Notes: generated from the letters alone by a model not told the origin. A stretch of DNA of 59,726 nt, filler included, from Squatina squatina (GCA_031763465.1; 3 parts of 3 records of this genome joined end to end with filler, not necessarily neighbours in it), one strand, 5' to 3'; shown: positions 36,904 through 50,184, counted from the whole stretch's first letter. Numbers and translations are program-made.

Positions 36904-39517
36904 CAATCGGTTATCTCTAAATCCCATTGAGTTTGTATGCCTGGCTGTCTGGGCTTATGTTATGCCGAAACTGCCTTTTCACCGCATGGTTTGAGTTATG
37001 TAAAAGGGCGTGTCCCTTCTTCTTTTCAGGTGTGCGTCTTTTGCATCTGAAAGACTTTGGTCTCTGCTGGGTTTTGTTGTATAAAATAAAGCCCTTCTGT
37101 GGTTTTGAGGAAGCCTGTCTGCCTTGAGTAGCCTTTCTTTTCAGAGTGTCTTTTTAAAATGAAACCACCATTTTAAATCCATTCTCTTGTGGGCAAAAAT
37201 GAGAATTCTGGCCCGAATTCTACAGGGCCTCCTTGTTCCCCCTGCACAAAGCTGGAGTGCTGCGTGTGAGACCCTTGGTGCCCCTTCCCTGGCTTGCTGA
37301 GGCATTTGTAGTAGTGCTGATGCAGTTTGCCCATTTGCTTTAGTTTAGGAAGGTAATTCAGCTTTAAGTGCTGAATATTGACATTTGGAACGTCTTTTAA
37401 ATATTGATTATTTGTTAAAAGACAGAAAGGGCCGAAAAATGTATTGAATCAGTGCATTTTATTTTCCCTTGCTTCAATGTGCATGGACCTTTAAATTCCA
37501 GAGCTCCTCGCTGCCCACAGTGCATTGCGAGCTTCACAGCCTTGCGCACAGACGTTCGGGGAAGCAGCAACGCAGCACCAGGACTACAAATTGGTCCCGG
37601 ATCCCTCGTACACCGCCGCCAGGAGAGCGTTGCACCTAAGGTTAGCGCCGCGCCACCTACCACCATGCACCCCACACCAACTTGCCTTGCTTAGAGCGGC
37701 GGCCATTTCTTGGCGGCCGTTAACAGCATTTGGCAAGGACGCCGACTGCTTTCCGGGCGACAGGGAATTTTTCCACTGATGTCAGTCTGTTTTTGGGAGT
37801 TGGCTCAACAAAACCATTTAAGAAGATACTGGATGAGGTTTTATCCACTTATTAAATTGGCAAGTCTAAAGGGGTGGCATTCTCCTTATATTAGGATCTG
37901 GAAAGTTATAAATAATTCCAGAGGATAAATGAAGAGTGTAGAGTTGCATTCCTGTGCATCCCACCTCAATTCAATTACAGTGTTTTGCTCTTTTCAGCAA
38001 CATATGACATTCACTCTATGTAGCTGAAGGCTCTAAGTGCTGTATCTATTAGATGGCCCAGAAGTAATTGTCTGATATATTTATAGAATGCATTTACTAC
38101 CAGTAAGTGCTTTGTCTGACAGGAGAGAGTAGGTAAACAAAGGTTCGCTCCATGCACTTTCTGAGTGTGTGTCAAACATTCAAATGCATGTGTAACGTCA
38201 ATCTAGACAAGTGGGACTCGAGAGGTACCACCAAAAAATTTACTTTATTTTTGTGGAGATAATTAATCCTTTTCGCCCCCGCTCCAGTCTTATGCATAAA
38301 TTAATAAATTAAAGGTACTATTAATGAAGGGTTTTGAGGTTTTCCCTTAGCAGGGCAACATGTGACTTTAGATATTTTTAAGAATTGTGTTTTCTTCATA
38401 GACAAATAATTAATTTCTATTTTGATTGTTATTAAAATGAAGGCAAAAATCCTTTCACATTATGCCACGCTTCTTCAGTTAAACAGATGGCAAATTATTA
38501 TCTGTCATGCAAATGGGGATGTACCCAGTGGTATCTTCTAGAAACATAAAGGGACAGTGCCCACACATACAATTAGAAGCACAGAGGAGAGCTTTTCAGT
38601 TGCAGAATTACCACAAGGCAATGAACAACTAGGCAACTTATAAAACAATGATATCTCCTCGACTCAGCAATGAGTGGCAGATTGCTACATTTTGCTCACA
38701 GCACAAGACTGTCAACTGAAACAGTCCGACCGGCATGATAAATATGCTTATCTTTTTCAACATATCCAATTTACAGGATGCTTGTTAAAACTGTGATGCC
38801 TGATATGTCAAAGTATATAATTAGAGCGACATTAAAATATCTTGTTATCTTAACAGACAGAGTGAGAAGCAGAAAGGTAACAGTTGAAATAGCCCACGCT
38901 GGTACTGTAGTGACACAATTGGAAAGGCATTTTAAAAGATGAAGGACTGTGTATTTTTTCCAATATTAATAATGCCGTTTTTGTATATATTTTAAAAATC
39001 TGGTTTAAATTAATAAGAAAAAAAAATTATAAACTCAGGTATGCATTTGTCCAATGATTTTTTTTTAATTACCAGACAGAAATATAGAAGAAAACATTTC
39101 AAAAGGTGTTGGAAAAAGTTAACTGATGGAGGTTAGTTGATCTTAAGACAATATGGCTCATGGTGTTACACCATCATAAAGGTTGTGGTTTCCATAATGG
39201 CTGTGAGTGCAGAGAAGATTTTAATTGGTTGTTACGTTTCCTGTTAACGGTGGTTGTTGGAGAAACATTTGTCTTGTAATGCAGAATTTTCCATAGCACC
39301 TGGCTGAAAAAGAACTCAGCTGTTAGAACGTAAACATTGAGTGTATTCCGTTATGTTCATAACCAAAGAAAAGAGACCTGCAAAAATAAAACATGGTTCT
39401 TGCCATAAATAATGCAGNNNNNNNNNNNNNNNNNNNNNNNNNNNNNNNNNNNNNNNNNNNNNNNNNNNNNNNNNNNNNNNNNNNNNNNNNNNNNNNNNNN
39501 NNNNNNNNNNNNNNNNN

Positions 39518-40620
39518 ATATATGGACACCAAGGTCTGTCTGCTGATCTGCACTTTTCTTCTGCCCATTTCACCATCCTGTCTATGTCATCCTGAAGCCT
39601 ATAACTATCCTGATCAATATCTACTACTTTGCTAAGTTTCATATCACCTGCAAACTTGATAATGCTGCTCCCTACATCCAAGCCTAGGCTGTTTTTAAAA
39701 ATCAAAGAGTAATGGACTCAAAACTGACCCTTGGGGAATACCACTACAAATCACCTGAAAAAATCCATCTGCCACCACCCTTCGCTTCCTGTCACTGAGC
39801 CAATTTTGTATCAATACTACCACTTTCTCCTTAATTCCATGGGCTTCCATCTTTTTAATAAGTCTCGTACAACATCTACTGCACTACCTTCTCTGTTACC
39901 TCATCAAAGAATTCAATCAAGTTAGCCAGACATGATTTTCCTTTAACAAATCCGTGCTGGCTCTCCTTGATTTTCCAAATGAAAGTTTATTTTGTCCTTG
40001 ATAATGTTTTCCAATAACTTCCCCACCACCGATGTTGGGCTGACTGGCCTGTACTTTCTTGATTTATCCTTCTTGAATAGTGGTATAACATTAGAAATCC
40101 TCCAGTCCTCCTGCACTACTCCTGTAACCAATGAAGATTGAAAGATTGTGACCAATGCATCTATTATTTCTATCTTTGCTTCTTTCAGCAACCTCGGAAG
40201 CATTCTATCTGGTCCAGGTGACTTACCACCTTTCAGTAATGCTAATCTTTTTCGTACATCTTCTCTATTACTATCCTGTCCATAACTTCCCTCTCCTCTT
40301 GTAGTGTTCACATCATCTGCTTCCTTTGTGAAGACAGATGCAAAATACTCATTTAATACTTTAGCCATGTCCTCTACCTCGACATGAGGATTTCCCTTTG
40401 GGTCCTTAATAGACCCAACTTTTTCCATAGCTAACCACTTATACTTTATGTTTATAAAATGTTTATGGTTCAATTTAATCTTGCCTACTAATCTTTTCTC
40501 ATAACCTCTCTGCCTCCCATATTAAAGTTTTCAATTCCCTCCTATAGTTTCCAGAACCTTCCTGGTTATTAAGTGAACCTTGCTCCTGGCATTTGGCATA
40601 AGGCTCCTTTTTCGGTCTTA
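39518..40620 (-). mobile_element. CR1 LINE ORF2 (RT), decayed
   Basis: VLNEYFASVFTKE...KSPGPD...PRLLKE...DWRISNVIPLFKK...YRPVSPTSVVGKLLE; IIKFAGDMKL (YADD region). Confidence 0.93.
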
Positions 40621-41500
40621 TTTTAACTTTTATTTCCATTGTCATTGTCATTGTCAGAAGCCAGATAGTGACAAGCTATTTNNNNNNNNNNNNNNNNNNN
40701 NNNNNNNNNNNNNNNNNNNNNNNNNNNNNNNNNNNNNNNNNNNNNNNNNNNNNNNNNNNNNNNNNNNNNNNNNNNNNNNNNCTCAGTCTCACATTCACCT
40801 GCCAAGCTAGTTTAAAGCTAGTTGTGAATACCAACATTGTGAGAAAGATAATAGAAATATGAAAACAATCACACTTCTTGTGCAGAACTGCAGCTTTGTG
40901 GTAGAGCTCTATATTTGACTTCCCTGAGGGAAGCACTCATTTTTTCCCCTTTTACTCTGTTTCTCCAGTTGGGCCTTCTCATGCCACTCATCATCCATGC
41001 CTGAGAAGGTAGGCAGCCTGCTGTCAGTGCCTCTGCCAATCTCACTCTGAAACCAGACACAGTCTGAGAATTACTGTTCCTCTGAGTTTTTCTTGCTCCC
41101 TATGAAGAACATCCTGCCACCACTTAGCACTTCTTCACAGGCTTTGATAAACTCAGCAATGTGCAGGGATAAGCTTTCAAGGTTTTGTTTTCAGAAGACA
41201 AAATATTTGAATATTTTCAATGCTATAGCCAATCCAACATGTTGACAAATAAGGCAATATACAAACCTCTCTAGATTGTTAATGAGCACTGACCCATCAA
41301 GCCCCAGATTTGGCATATTGGCAAAATATGTGCCAAAAATGGCTGGTTGTTTGGTCCAAGCTAGTCTGAGGTGCAGTGAAGGGAATGTGTCAATGTTACA
41401 GGGTCAGCTCATTGGAATAGTTAGCAAGGTGACGTCTCTGCTCTCATACTCCCAATNNNNNNNNNNNNNNNNNNNNNNNNNNNNNNNNNNNNNNNNNNNN

Positions 41501-41512
41501 TTAATTAATTAA
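41501..41512. other. Artificial scaffold linker
   Basis: TTAATTAATTAA centred in N44-12-N44. Confidence 0.92.
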
Positions 41513-42417
41513 NNNNNNNNNNNNNNNNNNNNNNNNNNNNNNNNNNNNNNNNNNNNTTTTTGTCTGAATAGTTTTTCTGTTCATGAAGCTATTTCTCTGG
41601 CAGCCAGTGCAAGAATATATGAAAAGGTCTTTTGTGCATTAACTAGCAGAAAAGTTCAATCCCACAGTTTGTCTTAATGTCAAGTATTTGTCTCAGTATT
41701 CAAATGAGTAAACAAGTCCTACCTATAAAAAGCCTGTTCTCTGTTACTTGTACAGCTAACAATTGTCCTTTTTCCTAGAGGGCACTCAGTTACCTCCGTC
41801 TTTTATTTTACAGTTGGGCCCACCATAGGATTAAAGCAACAGACACTTAATGCATAAGACCTGAGAACGCAGAATCAATTGGTTTGGCAAATAGTTGAAT
41901 TAGCACTTCCTCCACCCAGCAACTTTCAAAAGAGATCTATCATTTAATCTTACGAGGGCTTTCTCCTTGCAAGAAGATACTTTCAATTGCTTGGAATATT
42001 CTTCTAAATTGATATACAGCATTATAATTTGGTAGATTATTACAGAATATTACAAATCAAAACACATGGAACATATCACTAAAAAATTTTACAAATCAGA
42101 CCAGCCAGTTGCCAAAACCAGAAAGTCTTGTGTTGCTGTAGTCTGCTTTGGAATTACACCACCAGTGTGAGCAATATACAGGCTTGGTTTCATTTGCCAT
42201 TCATATTTGTGCCGAGCGACCTGCAAGTGCTATGTTGATGTCTGCTCGTTGAAAGTGCTTTCTCTTTTTTGTGTTTTCAATCTTAGTCTTTCACTATCAT
42301 CCATTTGGACTGCACCAGCATTTTAATACAAAAATTAAAAACAGAATAACAGATATTTTAAGGATAATTTAAAATAAGAGGCATTGTAGGGTATGTCAAT
42401 TTCTCTAATTCTATTAG

Positions 42418-42624
42418 AGATTTATGATTAGTGTTTTTCAAAATAATTTTTGAAGGATATGATAATACTGTAATTTTGATGACAATATGAAGGAAATTTA
42501 GTGAATGTCACCTGTACCTGTGCAACATCCATATATCAGCTGCAGGCAAGCTCGGCCCAGGTCAAATTGACTGCTGCAATTTATCTCTAAAAATTATTTT
42601 GAAAACAACACTAATCATAAATCT
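42418..42624. mobile_element. AT-rich MITE-like inverted repeat
   Basis: AGATTTATGATTAGTGTTTTTCAAAATAATTTTT pairs with AAAAATTATTTTGAAAACAACACTAATCATAAATCT, with a 2-nt indel. Confidence 0.7.
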
Positions 42625-43302
42625 TATAAAATGTTAACATGCAGTCCCAAATCGTGTATCTGTGAATCATAGGGTACCTGTTGTTAGTGTGGAATACTGT
42701 CCTAGTCATTCACAACCTTTTTTTGAGGGAGGCTGAGTTCCAGTAATAGCCTGTTCATGTTCGATGCCTAGGTAAGTTCATGCTGCAGCCAATACCACGT
42801 CTGCAACACCACCAATTCTTTCATTGCTCGACAGGTGAATGATATGATGACATACCTGTATTGGCATTCACGTCATCATGCTCTCCACAGTGAAATGTCT
42901 GGCAAGACCACTATGGTGAGATCACTCCTTTAAGAGTAACTCCTTAAAGAATAAATATGTCTCACAACGTATACCTTGCAAAGTGTAAGACAATGGAGAA
43001 ATACATCTGCCAAAACAGCATCAAAAACAGCATTGGTGACCTTCACTGAAGGATTTTTTGTCAGTTTGCAACTATGAGTCAAGCAACTCCAAAGGAAAGG
43101 CAAAGTAAAGGGACAACAATATAATTATTCAAAATATATCCTCATATCACAGCATCTGACCTCTACAACAAGGGGTAAATCTCAATGAAGAACATTCATC
43201 GACTTGCTGCAATAATTAAACTAAACAGAATTGCCCGAATCTTAAACATATTTCTTTTGGAACTAAACTATAGGTTGTGCAGTAAGCTACTAAGTAAAGA
43301 CA

Positions 43303-43455
43303 CCGGGAATTTCTCAGAGCTTCTCCCAATCCATCACTGTAAACTTTGGCGGAGGTGTGTCAGAAACCCTGGATACTCGTGGAAACGAGGTTTCCGCCGA
43401 ACTTCTGCCAACATTATGCTGGCAGAACTGGAGAGTCTCTGAGGAAATTCCCAGC
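43303..43455. mobile_element. MITE-like palindromic element
   Basis: GGGAATTTCTCAGAGCTTCTCC ... GGAGAGTCTCTGAGGAAATTCCC. Confidence 0.65.
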
Positions 43456-44129
43456 ATTAGTTCAGCAGGGTTTAAGGGTTAGTCATATGACGCGAGTCAG
43501 TGTTGTGTTAAACAGTGGAATTTGTCAGTGGTTAAAATATGTGTGAACACCACTGGAAACTGAATTAATCTCTAACATCCATAACATAACGCCATTGGGA
43601 AGCAAATGTCAAGGCATGTGTATTAATCATAGAAAGATAAGAATATGATGAAAGCTCTTGCTAATGGCATACATTCTTTAACATTGTANNNNNNNNNNNN
43701 NNNNNNNNNNNNNNNNNNNNNNNNNNNNNNNNNNNNNNNNNNNNNNNNNNNNNNNNNNNNNNNNNNNNNNNNNNNNNNNNNNNNNNNNNNNNNNNNNNNN
43801 NNNNNNNNNNNNNNNNNNNNNNNNNNNNNNNNNNNNNNNNNNNNNNNNNNNNNNNNNNNNNNNNNNNNNNNNNNNNNNNNNNNNNNNNNNNNNNNNNNNN
43901 NNNNNNNNNNNNNNNNNNNNNNNNNNNNNNNNNNNNNNNNNNNNNNNNNNNNNNNNNNNNNNNNNNNNNNNNNNNNNNNNNNNNNNNNNNNNNNNNNNNN
44001 NNNNNNNNNNNNNNNNNNNNNNNNNNNNNNNNNNNNNNNNNNNNNNNNNNNNNNNNNNNNNNNNNNNNNNNNNNNNNNNNNNNNNNNNNNNNNNNNNNNN
44101 NNNNNNNNNNNNNNNNNNNNNNNNNNNNN

Positions 44130-44270
44130 CAGAGTAGAAGCAGCCTTGTTCTGCATCCGGTTGTATTACACCTGAGATGGAAATGCTTGATGCCAACACT
44201 GGGTGCCTGAAATGGAAACTGTTCCGTTCTCCAGCAGTAACATCTGCCATCAACATGAACACATTTAAAA
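44130..44270 (+). mobile_element. Ancient SINE 3' fragment (LF-SINE-like)
   Basis: GGAAATGCTTGATGCCAACACTGGGTGCCTGAAA aligns with GGAAGTGCTTGATGCTGCCACTGAGTGGCTAAA near 19213; family name from recall only. Confidence 0.4.
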
Positions 44271-45304
44271 AAAAATCTGCCACTGTTATCCTGGCAGTAG
44301 AATTGTAGATTCTGTGGGCTTCTTGCCTACCTCTGGGGAAAAAAAGCCAGATTTAGTAGTATAAATGCTGGGAACTGGCTCATGGATCTGATCTAAACAA
44401 GTGTCAGTATAAAAGTGGCATGATTGGCTGCTTACTATTCTTCCAAAATAATTTAAGGATACTTTCAAAGTACAATCCTACAATGCACTGCAAAGTCGCA
44501 CCTTATAAATCCCTATTGCCCACTTTCGGCCATTAAGTTTAACCAGAGAGTCTCCAATTTATTTTCAATAACTTTCTAAACTTTAGTTATACATTATTTG
44601 AAGATGCTAAACTGACTTACAGACACGCATATTCCGTAATTTGTAGAATATCTCAACACTTTTAAAATCAAACTGTAAGTCACTCACAAAAAAAACCCCT
44701 CTGCCCTGAATATACACAGGCACTTTGCAATGGCCAAAACATTCCAAATGGTTTTGCATGTGACCCCATTCTTGTTCACATTCTACAGGAACAGGCCGGT
44801 TGCCAACTTAACAGCAATACCAAACAGTGGCTGCTGCTGTTCACATGTCACAATCTGTGCTGTGTGATGTGGGGAAACGTTGCTGCTCTTCTTCTGTTAC
44901 AGACTGCGCTGTGGGGAATGGCTGCTCTTCATCGGTTACAGTCAGTGTTGTACTTTTTTCTTGAATAATGCTTGGCAATTTGCTAGTTTCCTTTGGAAAA
45001 TGATGCAGTAATGCTTTTCAATGCAGGTTCTGTGTTTGCANNNNNNNNNNNNNNNNNNNNNNNNNNNNNNNNNNNNNNNNNNNNNNNNNNNNNNNNNNNN
45101 NNNNNNNNNNNNNNNNNNNNNNNNNNNNNNNNNNNNNNNNAGCAGGTAAATTCTAAGCCCAAGTGATCTTGGCATGCTTGCAATATATTGCAGGCAGAAG
45201 AGAAGAGAATTTTTTTTGAAACCAAGCAGATTTTCTTTTCTAATTCCCACACTCCTCAGTAATGGCAGATAGGATTCCTGAAACTCCTTGGCTTCAAATC
45301 CAAT

Positions 45305-45570
45305 ATCATGGAACGATATTGCTGAGAAGGAGACCATTCGGCCCATTGCTCCTGTGCTGGCTCTTTCAATGAGTCCCACTTCCTGCCCTTTCCCCATAGC
45401 GCTGCAAAATTTTCCACTTCAAGTATTTATCCAGTTCCCTTTTAAAAGTTATTATTGAATTTGATCCTGCCACCTCCCTTTCAGGCAGTGCATTTCAGAT
45501 GATCATAACTCGCTCATGCCTCTGGTACTTCTGCCAATTACCTTAAATCTGTGATTGCTGGTTACCAACC
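45305..45570 (-). mobile_element. CR1 3' end
   Basis: GACCATTCGGCCCAT...TTCAGGCAGTGCATTTCAGAT...CCAATTACCTTAAATCTGTG is the reverse complement of the 4750-5000 type. Confidence 0.85.
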
Positions 45571-45934
45571 CTTATGCATTATCTACCAATAAGGTAAAAA
45601 TAGGTAATAGTACACATTTAGTATTTGTGCAATACAACGCCCAAGTTCCGTTCCTCCAAATATACAGAGATCCTCCCATTCTTGATGAAAAGACACCAGT
45701 AGAAGTCAACTTGGAAGGTTTTTCTGGCACAGTGCCTAAAACTAAAAACTTTGATACTGAATTCACGGTCCTTCACTGCCATCAGGAGAGACACAGGCAC
45801 TTCTTTTCACTCAAAGCTGTAAATGTATTCAAATGATTCCATTTTGAAGGGAGGCAGGAAAAGAAAAGCACCTTCCACCATCCCACTTCCCAATTTGTGT
45901 CTCTGTACTGTGGATTCAGGAAAAAGTAAATTCA

Positions 45935-46727
45935 AAAGCAGCAAGAGAAGTGTGAAGGCTGTAGAGCAGAGTAGCGATTTGGGTAAAAATAAGTAGAGTG
46001 GGTCAAGAGGAGACGGGGAGCTTAGCAAAGGTAACAGGGCGTCCATGACTAAGGTGACATCAGGGAAAAATAGAAAAAAGTTAAAGCTAAAGACACTATA
46101 TCTGAATGTGTGAAGCATTTGCAACAAATTGGATGAATTAATAGCACAGATAGTAATAAATGGGTTTGACCTAATAGTCATTACAGAGACATGGTTGCAG
46201 TGACCAAGGTTGGGAACTAAATATTCCAGGATACTTGACTTTTAGAAAAGTTAGGCAAAATGGAAAAGGAAAAGGGGTGGGGAGCGGGGTGGCGAGGGGG
46301 TGCAACAGTAGCCCTGATAAACCATGGGATAAATACAGTAGAGAGAAAGGACCTTGGCTCAGAAAATGAAGGTGCAAAATCACTTTTGGTGGAGCTAAGA
46401 AACAAGGGTCAGACAACACTGGTGGGTGTTTATATGCCCCTGACAGTAGTTGTAGTGTCGGACACAGTATAAATTGGGAACTTAAGAGGTGCATGTATCA
46501 AGTGTAATACAGTAATCATAGACTTCAATTTTCATATAGACTGGACAAACCAAATTTGCAGTAGTAGTGCGGAGGATGGGATCATGGAATGCATTCAAGA
46601 TTGTTTTCTAGATCAGTATTTTGAGAAACCAACTAAGGAACAGGCTATTTTAGATCTAGTATTGTGCAATGAGACTGGGTTAATTAATAACCTTGTAGTA
46701 AAGGAGCCTTTGGGGAAGAGCAATCAT
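45935..46727 (+). mobile_element. CR1 LINE ORF2 N-terminus (APE endonuclease), decayed
   Basis: LKTLYLNV*SICNKLDELIAQIVINGFDLIVITETWLQ; ECIQDCFLDQYFEKPTKEQAILDLVLCNE...EPLGKSNH. Confidence 0.92.
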
Positions 46728-49463
46728 NNNNNNNNNNNNNNNNNNNNNNNNNNNNNNNNNNNNNNNNNNNNNNNNNNNNNNNNNNNNNNNNNNNNNNNNN
46801 NNNNNNNNNNNNNNNNNNNNNNNNNNNCATTAACACTGGCAGTGGGTATTTCTGTTACATATTAACCAATTTCCCACCCCTTTTAACACAGTACTCGATG
46901 GACACATGGTCAGTGGAAAATATGGGCTAAAGTATCTTTCTTCCAGCTTATCTAAACAATCTTACTAGCATCTTTTAGTGTCCTCTATGAATTTTTATGC
47001 TGAATGTAAGATTGGAAGTTGTGTGCTTCAAGACTTACAGTACTATACGTTAACTACTTACAGCAATTTTACTGTTAGGTGGTTCTAATTTATTTTGAAC
47101 AGTCTATGGTGGCATAAAATACTCATAATGTTCCCTTGGAGAATCTATCACAATAATGTAAACTACCTTGGGAGGAGAGAAGGAGGGGACATAGATTTCA
47201 CACAAAATGAGGCCTTAGGTGATTTTGGATGTGAATTCTTACAATGGAAATATTAACTTTTGCGCTTTTTTACGCAGTGCATACAGGGTTCAAATCGAGC
47301 CCAGACTGATTGGAATGCAATCTTCTTTCTCTGCTGGCTGTTAGAGTCCTGCAAATAATTAGTTTAGGTAGTCTTAAAACTGTGGGCATGAGTCCATGGC
47401 ATATATCTGCTTATAANNNNNNNNNNNNNNNNNNNNNNNNNNNNNNNNNNNNNNNNNNNNNNNNNNNNNNNNNNNNNNNNNNNNNNNNNNNNNNNNNNNN
47501 NNNNNNNNNNNNNNNNCGTTTATAATAGATTTAATGGGCTGCCAATGTTAACCTGTGCATTTCTCTTGCAGAATCTATCAAACCTGCTGCGCATTTCTCG
47601 CGTTTTCTGTTTAATTTTTAATTATTTATGGTGTAAGTCATCATGTGAAGCAGGATCCAGAAGGATGAATGAGTTTCTTTTTTCTAAAGTAGTGCATCAT
47701 TACAAAAGAGAACTGAAAACCATTTAGTAACCATTACTTGATGATAACTGATAGGAAACACGATTCATAATTTGTCACACTTGTCCAAAACAATCCGACA
47801 GCATAACATTTACTACAAAAGGCACAATGAACTTTATTTACCCTGCGTCGGCCAACCTTGAAAAATCTGTGCTGCATCAACAAATTGAGGGCTTATTTGC
47901 TGTCAAAAATCTGAAAATGGTGAAAAGATTAGATAACAGATGAATAACAATGGAAAAATTACATCAAACTGTTCTACAAAATGACTTGATGCCTGCATTA
48001 TATCAAGTAAAATAATTGTCTGAATTTGAAGCGGGCATGCTAACCAGTTGGTACAAAAGTAGTAACAAGCAATCTGTCACTGGCAGTGTTGTAATGGAAA
48101 TTATTCCTATTCTTTTGACAGGGAAAAATAGCAAAGCAGCTTAAAGACCATAACAGAGGTACTCAGTAATATTTTGCCAAGAATAATAGTCCTGAATAGN
48201 NNNNNNNNNNNNNNNNNNNNNNNNNNNNNNNNNNNNNNNNNNNNNNNNNNNNNNNNNNNNNNNNNNNNNNNNNNNNNNNNNNNNNNNNNNNNNNNNNNNC
48301 CAAAATTCAGCATCTGAGTAATAGGGACGTTCTAAATGTCGAAAAGTAAGTACTGTAGAACATCAACCTGTCAACAAAGGAAGTTTTCATTTGCCAGAAC
48401 CGCGCTCCTTTCTCTGCTGTAATGCAAGTACAATGGAACAATTCATTGAGAGCATAACTGACAAACTACCAAGTAGCCCAATCAGAAAAACCTTCAAAGG
48501 ATACAGAAAGCTATGGAGTGCAGTTTTTAATGAAAGCTTAGTCAGCCAACCTGTTGTGCTTGAGCACTGCTGTTAACTTTGGATTTATAATTTCTAGCGC
48601 ATTTCCCCCATGTGGTCTCCATTCTGTATTTGAAAGGCTGTCAGTTTGTGATGATTAACATCACAGGTGGTTTCATGTCATAAATTTAACAAATCATATC
48701 TCCACCCATTCTGTGGCTGTAACTGACACTGTAAATATATAAAAGCAATGCGTGAATTTGTTGTGGACTCTTTCCAATTTATTTAATCTCCCAAGGGAAG
48801 TGACTAACTTCAGGTAAACTTTCCGTGAAGGTAAAGTTGTGTGAAATTTCTCTATCGCCTTTGAAGGCAATCAACTGACAATTTCAGGATATTGATCTAA
48901 CATGATGTGCCATTTTATTCAACCCTGATTGGTTGCATTCCACAGATAAGACTGAAACAACCTTGTTCATTTTATGACCCTTGTTAATAAGCCCCCCAGT
49001 AAAAAGACTTTCAATTTAACCTTTTCAGTATCTTTAATAGTAACTATTTTATACAAGAGTCTAGAGTGCAATGTCTGCTGATAATGTTTGTGGGAGCGAA
49101 AACCCATTTCACCTGAAAACCTCGCTTTCTGCGCAGTCTGTGATGCTGGGCGAAACGTTCAAGCAGCTTTCTGATGAGTATGGATTGCAAATTGGGTACC
49201 AGATCAAAGCAAAGGATGTCTCCACAGGGTAGATGTTAGAAGGAGTGAGAGCCAATTTGGTCACTTGTGTGTTATAGTAATATAATGCAAGGGAAGAGTT
49301 GATTGTGGCAATAAACGAATTTCAGGGAGTTGAACATTTGGTTGTTTAGATTACATTGTTAATCTCTTAGTATTTGATGTGCCATGATGTATTGATATTA
49401 TAGAGTTCAAAGTTAAATTTTTTTATAAGAGAGGTGAATGAACACTGTTTCTGCAGCTCACAC

Positions 49464-49533
49464 TAGAATCGGGAAGTCTGTGTCTCAAGAGTAAGGAGCT
49501 CACACTAGACTCGGAAAGTGTGTGTCTCAAGAG
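49464..49533. repeat. Imperfect direct duplication of about 37 bp (first copy starts near 49455)
   Basis: AGCTCACACTAGAATCGGGAAGTCTGTGTCTCAAGAG followed by AGCTCACACTAGACTCGGAAAGTGTGTGTCTCAAGAG. Confidence 0.85.
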
Positions 49534-49546
49534 CTGTGGTTCCCGG

Positions 49547-49690
49547 CCTCTGGTGCTCTCTTCTTAAGACTGCTGTCACTACCCGACCCCTCGCAGGTCC
49601 GCTCCCGCTCCCGCTGTGTTTCCCGGCCTCTGGAGCGGACCTGCGAGGGGTCGGGCAGCAGCAGCAGCCTTACGAGGGGAGCACTGGAGG
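49547..49690. repeat. 59-bp inverted repeat with 26-nt loop
   Basis: Arms 49547-49605 and 49632-49690; inner 24 bp perfectly complementary. Confidence 0.92.
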
Positions 49691-49710
49691 TCAGCAGCGG
49701 AGTTCCAGAA

Positions 49711-49762
49711 GTGACGTCACAAATCAGAAAGTGACACGGGCGCAGGGGAAGCAGCTGATTGG
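49711..49762. promoter_or_regulatory. CRE palindrome plus inverted CCAAT box
   Basis: GTGACGTCAC at 49711-49720 and CTGATTGG about 35 bp downstream, in a CpG-rich block; may be a retroposon 5' UTR promoter. Confidence 0.45.
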
Positions 49763-50184
49763 GGAAGGAGCTGAGCGGGCAAGAGCAGCAGAGCCCACAA
49801 TGGGGCGGGGGCAGCAGAGACCCGAGAGAGTGCAGATTTGGGGCCCACCCCAGCCCAAGCTGAGCTCTGGGACTTTCCAAGATGGTGGCATCCATGCTGG
49901 TAAAATGAAGCAGGGGCACAGTGAACGGGAGGCCAGGCGAGCAGAAGGGCAGGGCCCATGGACCAGGGGAGCGGTAAATGAGAGGCACAAGGAGCCAGGA
50001 GCCGAGGACCGAGAAGTAGCGGAGTGGGAAGCGAGTGGCTCAGGGGATGTTAGACCGGCAGCCGAGGAGCAGTGGAGCAAGGCGAGTGAGGTTCGGGGAG
50101 CCAGAGCCGAGGAGCTAGAGGCCGGAAGATCGGGGATCCAGCAGCCTAGGGAGCCAGAGGCTGGAGTAGCGGTGGAAGGGAATA

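Noticed and set aside
42836-42885. ATGATGAC...GTCATCAT hairpin as a C/D snoRNA or miRNA
   Set aside because: No suitably placed D box (CTGA), and the stem is too short
45555-45836. Overlapping short ORFs on both strands between CR1 fragments
   Set aside because: No recognisable homology and no convincing pair of splice sites
47842-47910. Minus-strand ag/gt-bounded segment
   Set aside because: Stop codons in all three frames and no homology; at most a non-coding exon
49171-49190. CTGATGA as a hammerhead ribozyme core (also near 13367 and 13766)
   Set aside because: No following stem II and GAAA in the required order
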